From: an uncultured Eubacteriales bacterium
GTDB lineage: Bacteria; Bacillota; Clostridia; Lachnospirales; JAISER01
NCBI GenBank assembly: GCA_964545475.1
Contig: CAZJGG010000008.1
Span: forward strand, 666-64,665
Reading direction: 5' to 3'
DNA length: 64,000 nucleotides
The notes under the pieces are model-generated. The model saw only the letters and a program-made list of their open reading frames with translations. It ran no database searches and was not told the DNA's origin. Position numbers and translations under genes: made by a program. Below are positions 55,860-63,349 of this stretch, piece by piece (positions within the stretch are counted from its first letter, which is position 1; each line of letters begins with the position of its first letter).

Positions 55860-56875
55860 AAATAGTAACATTCGGTGAAATAATGCTTCGTCTTGCCCCC
55901 GAGGGTTACTTGCGCTTTGTGCAAGCAAGCAATTTCGGCGCAACTTACGGAGGGGGGGAGGCAAACGTTGCTGTTTCTCTTTCTCAATTTGGCTTGAACG
56001 CTTCTTTTGTTACAAAGCTTCCTAAGCATGAAATAGGTCAAGGGGCTGTTCAGTCTCTAGCTCGCTATGGCGTGGATACATCAAAAATCATACGGGGCGG
56101 AGACAGAGTTGGCATATATTTTCTTGAAAAAGGCGCAAGCCAACGCTCCAGCAAAGTTATTTACGATAGGTCAAATTCGGCCATTGCTACTGCTACTGCG
56201 GCAGACTTTAACTGGGATGAAATTTTAAATGGTGCGGATTGGTTTCACTTCACTGGTATTACCCCGGCAATAAGCGACAATGTTGCAGAAATATGTTTGG
56301 AAGCGGTAAAGAAATGTAAGGAAATGGGAATAAAAGTAAGCTGTGATTTGAATTATAGAAAAAATCTTTGGAGCAAAGATAAAGCAGGAGAGATTATGGG
56401 TAAACTCATGCCTTATGTTAACGTGTGTATTGCCAATGAGGAAGATGCCAGCGATGTTTTTGGCATATCGGCGGAAAATACCGATGTGAATTCAGGCAAG
56501 GTTAACCATGAGGGCTACATTGAAGTAGCTAAAAAGCTTGTTGAACGCTTTTCTTTTGATAAAGTTGCCATAACTTTGCGCTCCTCAATTTCCGCCAACG
56601 ACAATAATTGGGCGGCAATGCTTTATGAAGAAGGCAAAGCATATTTTAGTAAAAGTTATGCAGTGCATATTGTAGACCGTGTTGGGGGAGGAGACAGCTT
56701 CGGAGCCGGCTTGATTTATTCTGTATTAAACGGATATGAACAACAGCAAGCAATTGAATTTGCTGTTGCGGCTAGCTGCTTAAAGCATAGCATTGAGGGA
56801 GATTTTAACCTTGTTAGCGTTTCTGAGGTGGCAGCCCTTGTTAAAGGAGATGGAAGCGGAAGAGTAAAAAGATAA
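55856..56875 (+). CDS. kdgK: 2-dehydro-3-deoxygluconokinase (PfkB family)
   Basis: It has an ATGA overlap with eda and the motifs FGEIMLRL, GGGEANVA and DRVGGGDSFGAG. Confidence 0.88.
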   Translation: MKIVTFGEIMLRLAPEGYLRFVQASNFGATYGGGEANVAVSLSQFGLNASFVTKLPKHEIGQGAVQSLARYGVDTSKIIRGGDRVGIYFLEKGASQRSSKVIYDRSNSAIATATAADFNWDEILNGADWFHFTGITPAISDNVAEICLEAVKKCKEMGIKVSCDLNYRKNLWSKDKAGEIMGKLMPYVNVCIANEEDASDVFGISAENTDVNSGKVNHEGYIEVAKKLVERFSFDKVAITLRSSISANDNNWAAMLYEEGKAYFSKSYAVHIVDRVGGGDSFGAGLIYSVLNGYEQQQAIEFAVAASCLKHSIEGDFNLVSVSEVAALVKGDGSGRVKR

Positions 56876-56898
56876 TAATTTTTTTTGAATAGGCTGTA

Positions 56899-57007
56899 AA
56901 AGAGTGTTTAAAAAATAAAACTTGCCAAATTTAGGGCATGTTCAAAGTCTCTGAAATGGAGACTGTGAACAGGCTCTTAGGCGAGTTTTATTTTTTAAAC
57001 ACTCTTT
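56899..57007. repeat. 109-bp palindromic element with perfect 24-bp arms, downstream of kdgK
   Basis: AAAGAGTGTTTAAAAAATAAAACT (56899-56922) is the exact reverse complement of 56984-57007. The interior holds a second hairpin AGTCTC-tgaaatg-GAGACT. The core is 28/35 identical to 60195-60229. Confidence 0.7.
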
Positions 57008-57158
57008 AGTATATTGTATATTGGAAAAGTTTATGTTAGAATTATAGCATAAAATGTAATAATGAAACAACGTTGAAATTGCTTTATGCTTTAATATGTA
57101 AAGAGATGGTATAGGGCTTGAAATTTATTGTATTTCCAAACTTCTAGGGGGGTAAGAC

Positions 57159-59669
57159 ATGAACTTAAATTCTATAGGGAAAAAGCTTATGTTTGCAACA
57201 TTATGCTGTATTTTATCTACAACTTGCTTATCAATATTAATTATGTATATAGGCAATGTTAGTGCTATTGAGAATATTAACGCCCATGATTCAAAGGCGG
57301 CTATGGATTATATGGTTTTACATACAGAAGAAATGAAAGAAAAGTCACTGGAGGCTTGTAAAAAATTGTCTGAAAATAATAATATTGTTTTCAGTGTTAA
57401 ATTTGGAAACCCTGCCGTGGCGGTTACTTATGCTAATCAGATTCTTGCCCAGTTTCCGGATATTGAAGTTGTAACTATAGTAGATGATAAAGGCATAGTT
57501 GTTGGAAGAACTTATAGTGATGAAGTGGGAGATTCTATTGCTTGGCAGCCGGATATTAAAAATGGGCTAAATGGTGTAACAGGTTCATATATAGAGGAAG
57601 AAAATGATGTTAAATTGTCAGTTCGTTCTTCGACTCCGCTAATTGATGAAACAGGAGCTATTGTTGGTGTAATTTCGTGCGGTTATCGGTTGGATACCAA
57701 CGATTATGTTGATAGAATAAAACAATCCACCGGCTTAGATATTACCGTTTTTTTAAACGATGTGCGCATAAGTACAACTATTGCTAAAGATGGACAGCGG
57801 CAAACAGGAACTCAGCTTAACCCTGAAATAGCAAAAATTGTGTTGGAACAAGGTGAATCCTATCTTGCAGAAGCAGATATTTTAGGCTCAGAGTTCTATA
57901 CTATATATGAACCAATAATTGATGAAAACGGAAAGATATTAGGTGCATTCTTTGCGGGTAAGCATATTGGTTTTGTTAAAGACTCCATTAGAAATACAAC
58001 AATTGTTGCTGTTGTCATCAATTTCTCTTTATGTCTTGTGTTGTTGTTTATAAATTGGAGGTTTAATAAAAAGAGAATTGCTGACCCCATAGCTAAAATT
58101 AGTGAATGTGTAGCAGAGTTGGCTCAGGGAAATGTTGATATAAACATTCCTGTTTTTAAGTCAGATGATGAAATAGGACGCATGACAAGCAACATTGGAG
58201 ATATGGCTAACGTTATTAGGTGTCTTATAGACGAATTAAATGTCATGTTATCAGACCATAAACAGGGAATAATATCAACAAAAATTGACGTTTCAAAATA
58301 TAAAGGGTCTTATAATAATGTTGCGGTTGGTATTAACGAAATGGCAGAAGATTATGATTCGGATAATTCGGCTGTTCTTGATTGCCTTCAAAGCTTTGCT
58401 AATGGTAATTTTGACATAGTGGTAAAAGAGTTTCCGGGGGAAAAACACATTACTAACAATGCAATAGAGCAAGTTCGTGCAAACCTTAAAAACGTAAGCT
58501 TTCAAATCAATCGTCTTCTTGGAGACTCTTTAAAAGGTAAGCTTGATAGCCAAGCGGATATTTCTCAATGTTCCGGTGAATGGGCTGAAATTTTATTATC
58601 GCTAAACAGCCTTATGAACGGGATTGCAGCGCCGATTAACGAGGCTATGCCTATTTTAGAAGAAATTGCCGCAGGGAAATTTGATAACAAAATTACTGGG
58701 AATTATGAGGGAGTATTTGCTTCTATTAAAGATTCTGTTAATAATACGTCAAATTCACTTGCATATTATTGTATGGAAATTGAAAGAGTTCTTGGAAATA
58801 TGGCAAACAATGATTTCGACCAAAAGATTAAGGGTTATTTTCCGGGAAGTTTCTCTAATATAAAAGGTTCAATTAATGAACTTATTATTAAGTTTAATAA
58901 TGTTATTAGAGAAATTGGAACTGCTGCAAATAATGTATTTGAAAGCTCTTCAGGCATCTCAAAATCAAGTATTGTAATTGCTCAAGGTTCAGAACATCAG
59001 GCAGCGAGTATTCAGGAGCTTGGAGGAGCTATTGAAGAAATTAATCAGCAGGTGAAGGATAATTCTACAAAAGCGGAAAGTGCATTTGAACTAACAAAAA
59101 TATCAAAGCATAAAGCAGATAAAAGCCAACATTCTATGGATGAAATGCTAGAAGCCATGGATTCTATAAAAATTGCATCAGATAAAGCTGCGAGAGTAAT
59201 GAAAGTGGTTGACGACATTGCTTTCCAAATAAATTTATTGGCGTTAAATGCGTCGATTGAGGCGGCCAAGGCAGGGCAACACGGAAAGGGCTTTTCTGTT
59301 GTTGCAGAAAAGGTACGTAATCTTGCAGGGAAAAGCAAAGCGGCATCTGAAGAAAGTGAGCAATATATTAAAAATACAATAAAAACAATAAGTGTTGGCG
59401 TTAAGAGGGCAACGGATACTTCAAATGCATTAAAACAGATTCTTGAAAATGTGAACAGTGTATCAGAATACATTTCCAGCATTGCATCAGAATCTCAAAA
59501 TCAAGTTCACTCTATTTCCAATATTAATGATGGGGTTAACCAGATTTCTCAGGTTATCCAAAATAATTCGGCAATGTCTCAAGAAGCTGCAAGCGTTTCT
59601 GAAGAACTTAACAGACATGCGGAAAACATGAGGAATTTGACAAATCAATTCAAAATTAAAAATACATAA
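57159..59669 (+). CDS. Methyl-accepting chemotaxis protein (dCache-like sensor, multiple HAMP-like repeats)
   Basis: A GGGGGG RBS precedes it. TM1 is followed by a ~250-aa extracellular domain and TM2. About five degenerate repeats of the form G.FD..I....G follow. The C-terminal signalling domain contains IAFQINLLALNASIEAAKAG. Confidence 0.88.
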   Translation: MNLNSIGKKLMFATLCCILSTTCLSILIMYIGNVSAIENINAHDSKAAMDYMVLHTEEMKEKSLEACKKLSENNNIVFSVKFGNPAVAVTYANQILAQFPDIEVVTIVDDKGIVVGRTYSDEVGDSIAWQPDIKNGLNGVTGSYIEEENDVKLSVRSSTPLIDETGAIVGVISCGYRLDTNDYVDRIKQSTGLDITVFLNDVRISTTIAKDGQRQTGTQLNPEIAKIVLEQGESYLAEADILGSEFYTIYEPIIDENGKILGAFFAGKHIGFVKDSIRNTTIVAVVINFSLCLVLLFINWRFNKKRIADPIAKISECVAELAQGNVDINIPVFKSDDEIGRMTSNIGDMANVIRCLIDELNVMLSDHKQGIISTKIDVSKYKGSYNNVAVGINEMAEDYDSDNSAVLDCLQSFANGNFDIVVKEFPGEKHITNNAIEQVRANLKNVSFQINRLLGDSLKGKLDSQADISQCSGEWAEILLSLNSLMNGIAAPINEAMPILEEIAAGKFDNKITGNYEGVFASIKDSVNNTSNSLAYYCMEIERVLGNMANNDFDQKIKGYFPGSFSNIKGSINELIIKFNNVIREIGTAANNVFESSSGISKSSIVIAQGSEHQAASIQELGGAIEEINQQVKDNSTKAESAFELTKISKHKADKSQHSMDEMLEAMDSIKIASDKAARVMKVVDDIAFQINLLALNASIEAAKAGQHGKGFSVVAEKVRNLAGKSKAASEESEQYIKNTIKTISVGVKRATDTSNALKQILENVNSVSEYISSIASESQNQVHSISNINDGVNQISQVIQNNSAMSQEAASVSEELNRHAENMRNLTNQFKIKNT

Positions 59670-59715
59670 TACTGAACTGCGCAAAAGAGCTAAACATTGC
59701 AGAAAGGATATAAAA

Positions 59716-60177
59716 ATGAAAAAATCCATTAATTTATTCCAGATTAGAAAGATTGCTGAAAATTACTATGCTAATGGTGACTTTTACTGTTCGGAAGCAA
59801 TCGTAAAAACTATAATCGATGAATTCGATCTACCAAAGAATGATGAAGCAATTAAAATGGCTTCTGGTTTTCCGGTTGGGATTGGTGGGAAAGGATGCAC
59901 CTGTGGTGCAATTTCTGGTGGAGTTTTGGCAATTGGATTGTTTTTTGGAAGAAGTGTAGGCAAAAACCCTGCTGTACACAAAGCTATGGAACTTAGCGGA
60001 AAGCTATACGACATGTTTACTGAGAAACAGCGTTCATCGTGTTGCCGTGTGTTGACAAAAGGCATGACGCTTGGTTCTGATGAACACATGAGCCAGTGTG
60101 TCTCCTTTACGGGTTATGTTGCCTATGAAACGGCAAAAATGATTGCCGAAGAGCTGAATCTAGAGATTATTGAGTGA
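59716..60177 (+). CDS. C_GCAxxG_C_C family putative redox-active protein
   Basis: It has CSEAI near the N-terminus and the diagnostic GCTCGAISGG motif. It lies 46 nt downstream of the MCP gene on the same strand. Confidence 0.75.
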   Translation: MKKSINLFQIRKIAENYYANGDFYCSEAIVKTIIDEFDLPKNDEAIKMASGFPVGIGGKGCTCGAISGGVLAIGLFFGRSVGKNPAVHKAMELSGKLYDMFTEKQRSSCCRVLTKGMTLGSDEHMSQCVSFTGYVAYETAKMIAEELNLEIIE

Positions 60178-60264
60178 TAAAGCTATTTGCCGAAAAGACA
60201 CTGAAATGGAGATTGCAAAAAGGCCCTTAAATGGGCGCATTATACCGCTTAATAAATTGCTATA
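60177..60264 (-). repeat. 88-bp element with the termini of the 103-bp MITE (inverted orientation) but a different interior
   Basis: It begins AGCTATTTGC (the reverse complement of GCAAATAGCT) and ends AAATTGCTATA (close to the reverse complement of TAGAGCAATTT). Its interior is homologous to the core of the 56899-57007 palindrome. Confidence 0.5.
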
Positions 60265-60374
60265 TTTTTCAGGGGTTTTGGTAGAGCAATTAGATAGAAC
60301 ACAACGCTAATAACTGGAAAATATTTTTGGCGTATTTTGGCTAATTTTTATATAAATAATGGGTATAATCTACA

Positions 60375-60477
60375 TAGAGCAATTTGACAAAACATTAACA
60401 GGTGTGGAGCAGGAACAGCAAACGATTCACCGCTGTTCCTGAGAACATAGCTGTTTATGTTTTTGCAAATAGCTATA
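60375..60477 (+). mobile_element. 103-bp hairpin MITE-like element, copy 3
   Basis: It is 102/103 identical to copy 2. The only difference is at loop position 51. Confidence 0.85.
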
Positions 60478-60615
60478 TGCAAAGTTTCAAATACACTCAA
60501 ATAGGGTTAATTTAAAAGGTATCTGCATTTCTGGTGGTTTTGAAAATTTGCCGGAAACACAAAAATTACTACAAGCAGGTTTTTAAGCCCTATACACTAA
60601 AGGAAAGATTTTATT

Positions 60616-61518
60616 ATGAATTTTATAGAAATAGACTTAAAACATAGAGAAGATTTTCTGAGATTTATATATACAACTAATTATAGAACATGCGAACTTG
60701 CATTCTCAAACTTATATTGTTTGCGCAAAAAATATGGAACACAAATTTTAATTGATGATTTTCTTTATATCAGACAGTCAACAAAGGCAAACCCAAATGC
60801 GCTTTACTATTTTATGCCAATAGGGCAGGGAGACTTGAAAAAAGCAATCCAACGGATTGAGGCAGATGCTAAGGCGAATAACAAAGATTTTATGTTTTGG
60901 GGCGTTACAGAAGAAATGAAACAAAATATTGAGGCTGTTTTCCCAGACAGATTTAATTTTACAACAAACCGTGATTGGTGTGAATATATTTACCTTTCTC
61001 AAAAACTTATTTCACTTGAAGGCTCTGAGCTTAAAAAGCGGCGTAATAACCTTAATCTATTTATAAATAAATACGGCGAAAGTTATAAATTTGCTCCAAT
61101 TACAAATAAAAATTTATGTAAGGCATGGGAATATCAACAAAAATGGGTTGAAATAAACATAGAAAAAAATGAAGTTACTAAATCTCTTTATGAAGAAAAT
61201 GAAATTATTTGCTGTGCATTTAATAATTGGGCGGAACTTGGATTATCTGGAGGTATCGTTTCAATAGACGACGAGGTAATGGGATATACTTATGGCAGTC
61301 AAATTTATTTAAATACTTTTGATGTTTTTGTTGAAAAGGCGGATTTTTCAAAAAACGGTATTTATCAAGCAATTAACCGAGACTTTGCAGAATATGCCTG
61401 CAAAGAGATTAAATATATTAACCGTGAAGAGGACTTAGGAATTGAAGGATTGCGCATATCCAAGCTAAAATATAAGCCTGAGCATCTTCTTTGCAAATAT
61501 ATGGGGTGCTACAAATGA
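60616..61518 (+). CDS. DUF2156 domain protein (lysyl-phosphatidylglycerol synthase C-terminal-like acyl/aminoacyl-transferase fold)
   Basis: The 300-aa protein shows the N-terminal pattern typical of DUF2156 (..ELAFSNLYCLRKKYGTQI, KKRRNNLNLFINKY). Confidence 0.6.
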   Translation: MNFIEIDLKHREDFLRFIYTTNYRTCELAFSNLYCLRKKYGTQILIDDFLYIRQSTKANPNALYYFMPIGQGDLKKAIQRIEADAKANNKDFMFWGVTEEMKQNIEAVFPDRFNFTTNRDWCEYIYLSQKLISLEGSELKKRRNNLNLFINKYGESYKFAPITNKNLCKAWEYQQKWVEINIEKNEVTKSLYEENEIICCAFNNWAELGLSGGIVSIDDEVMGYTYGSQIYLNTFDVFVEKADFSKNGIYQAINRDFAEYACKEIKYINREEDLGIEGLRISKLKYKPEHLLCKYMGCYK

Positions 61519-62150
61519 GTATAAATGAGTGTTTTGTCAAATTTCCGGTTATTGAAAGCGAAAGGCTTTTGCTACGGCAAATTAAGCCACAAGACATTAA
61601 CGACCTTAACGAAATACTTAACGATTTTGATCTTAACAAGTACTGGGGATATTATGACCCTGAGACAGGGCAGTCATATCCGGAATTTGAAATGGATAAT
61701 GGTTATGTTGAGAACGTCCTAAATGAATTTAAACGTAAATCAGAGCTTAGATTCTGTATAGTCCTTAAAGATGAAAATAAAGTTATCGGAGAGGTAATAT
61801 TATACGATTTTGCTATGGGGCGTCAAGCCGAAATCGGTTATAGAGTAAATCGAAATTACTTAAGCAAAGGTATTGCCTCTGAAGCTGTTTCTATGGTTGT
61901 TAGCTTTGCCTTTGAAAGGCTCGGGCTTACACGTATTATGCTTAAATGCTTTGCTGTTAATAAAGCCTCAAGGCGTGTTGCAGAAAAGGCTGGGTTTACA
62001 AAAGAGGGATTTATTAGGAAAGGGCTTGTTGTAAGAGCCTTTATAGATCATTACATTTACGGGTATTTGGCCGAAGATTACTTTGGAAGGAATAACAAAC
62101 ATAACCATCCCTATGTGGCTAAGCCACGTCTAAAAAAGACAAAAATTTAA
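61515..62150 (+). CDS. GNAT family N-acetyltransferase (RimJ/RimL-like)
   Basis: It has an ATGA overlap with the upstream gene. It has the IESERLLLRQI N-terminus and the motif-A region GYRVNRNYLSKGIASEA. Confidence 0.8.
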   Translation: MSINECFVKFPVIESERLLLRQIKPQDINDLNEILNDFDLNKYWGYYDPETGQSYPEFEMDNGYVENVLNEFKRKSELRFCIVLKDENKVIGEVILYDFAMGRQAEIGYRVNRNYLSKGIASEAVSMVVSFAFERLGLTRIMLKCFAVNKASRRVAEKAGFTKEGFIRKGLVVRAFIDHYIYGYLAEDYFGRNNKHNHPYVAKPRLKKTKI

Positions 62151-62507
62151 ATATAAATGAATTTATCGATTTTGTTGTTCTGTACGAAAATGCTGAAATA
62201 AATGATGATATTAAAAAACAAGTTGAAAAATATAAAAAAACATCAAATATTGATAAAAAACATACTCTTTCATCAGACTTAATAAATGTTTTACAACCAG
62301 ATGATCAGTATTCAATTCCCGGTGAACTTTCCGAAGATTTGATTTCTTTTGATTATAGCAATGAGCCGGAAATAGATGGTTATAACTCCAATGATAACAG
62401 TATGTGGGATCCGTATCATGGAGACTTATACGGATGTACACGTCGTGGGAGGAGTGATTGTGCAAACTTCGTGTCGGATATACTGTTGCATTTTATAATA
62501 TGACAAG

Positions 62508-62714
62508 ATGAAATCAGTCAAAGTAGATGGTAGAATGAATAAATCAAAAACTGTTTATGTATTTTTGATTCTAATATTAATTATTACTTTTATAAATATT
62601 TATTATGTAAAAAAAGATAAATATATAATTAAGACATTTGATACGACTAATACTAGATATTATGTCATTAGTGGTAACGAATTTGAATCTCTATTAAATT
62701 TAATTAATTATTGA
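62508..62714 (+). CDS. Small hypothetical membrane protein (possibly a gene fragment)
   Basis: It has one TM-like segment (VYVFLILILIITFINIYY). There is no clear RBS and the context is AT-rich and decayed. Confidence 0.25.
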   Translation: MKSVKVDGRMNKSKTVYVFLILILIITFINIYYVKKDKYIIKTFDTTNTRYYVISGNEFESLLNLINY

Positions 62715-62788
62715 CTTTAAATATAATGTTCACAACATTTTAAAACAAACTACATAATAGAATCAACTAAACTTTACAAAGATTGTCA

Positions 62789-62821
62789 TTTTAAAGAGCG
62801 GTCAAAAACCGCTCTTTAAAA
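62789..62821. terminator. Hairpin terminator-like element
   Basis: TTAAAGAGCGG-tcaaaaa-CCGCTCTTTAA. Confidence 0.6.
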
Positions 62822-62836
62822 CTGCTTAGAGCCTCC

Positions 62837-62939
62837 TAGAGCAATTTGACAAAACATTGACAGGTGTGGAGCAGGAACAGCAAACGTTTCACCGCTGTCC
62901 CTACGAACATAGCTGTTTATGTTTTTGCAAATAGCTATA
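62837..62939 (+). mobile_element. 103-bp hairpin MITE-like element, copy 4 (99/103 versus copy 2, stem partly decayed)
   Basis: It has the same termini. Three substitutions in the 3' arm of the apical stem are not compensated. Confidence 0.8.
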
Positions 62940-63085
62940 TAGAACTTTTTAGCCATTTTTATATTATATCACTGTTTTTTTGTTAACTACAATCTTTGTA
63001 ACACCCATTTTACAGTGAGAAAAGTTCTAATCCTCCTTAATTTGCATATAAATAAATGAATGGATACATTTAAGGAGGAAGCAAA

Positions 63086-63175
63086 ATGGAGAACTTTGAT
63101 TTATACAAAGACATAGCTGAAAGAACCAGCGGAGATATTTACATAGGTGCTTCTGTTATAATAGGACTAAATTAG
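63086..63175 (+). pseudogene. spoIVA: 5' fragment (21 native codons) of stage IV sporulation protein A, interrupted inside the Walker A region
   Basis: An AAGGAGG RBS precedes it. MENFDLYKDIAERTSGDIYIG matches the SpoIVA N-terminus (B. subtilis MEKVDIFKDIAERTGGDIYLG-VVGAVRTGKS). After Gly21 (63146-63148) the frame reads ASVIIGLN-stop instead of VVGPVRTGKS. Confidence 0.8.
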
Positions 63176-63211
63176 CGAAGTGAGAGCTTCAAAAATTTAG
63201 TCCTATTTTTT
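63161..63211 (+). terminator. 12-bp-stem hairpin plus T-run just inside the foreign DNA
   Basis: An ATAGGACTAAAT (63161-63172) / ATTTAGTCCTAT (63195-63206) stem is followed by TTTTTT. It encloses the premature stop codon. Confidence 0.6.
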
Positions 63212-63349
63212 TACTGTATAATTAGTGAATATTGCATGAACAATATGTACATTTATATTGTCAAGTGGAAAGAAATGTTATATTATTAGTACATAAAGTT
63301 CACAAAGATTGATAATACACTAAATATAGAAATGTGAGATGATTCAATA

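Noticed and set aside
55205-56041. A 278-aa minus-strand ORF overlaps eda and kdgK.
   Set aside because: It is entirely antisense to two well-supported genes with strong family motifs. Its low-complexity Ser/Leu/Ile-rich translation is typical of an antisense shadow ORF, and it has no RBS.
62211-62465. An 84-aa minus-strand ORF from the supplied track.
   Set aside because: It has a His/Tyr/Leu-rich odd composition and no RBS. It lies antisense to a longer plus-strand open frame (62123-62501) that looks more protein-like, so it is probably not a gene.
6502-62939. I asked whether the four identical-length 103-bp repeats could be a CRISPR array or integron attC sites.
   Set aside because: The spacing is wildly irregular (0.6 kb, 53 kb, 2.4 kb). 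The repeats are about three times longer than CRISPR repeats, and no cas or intI gene is present. One copy lies inside a coding sequence with a reconstructable TA duplication, and there are no attC-type GTTRRRY/RYYYAAC cores. A MITE-like element fits better.
63036-63070. A sigma-E-type promoter for spoIVA was considered (GCATATAAA ... GATACATT upstream of the RBS).
   Set aside because: The resemblance to the ATATT-N16-18-CATACA-T consensus is partial and the spacing is ambiguous. It cannot be supported without a transcription start site or comparative data.
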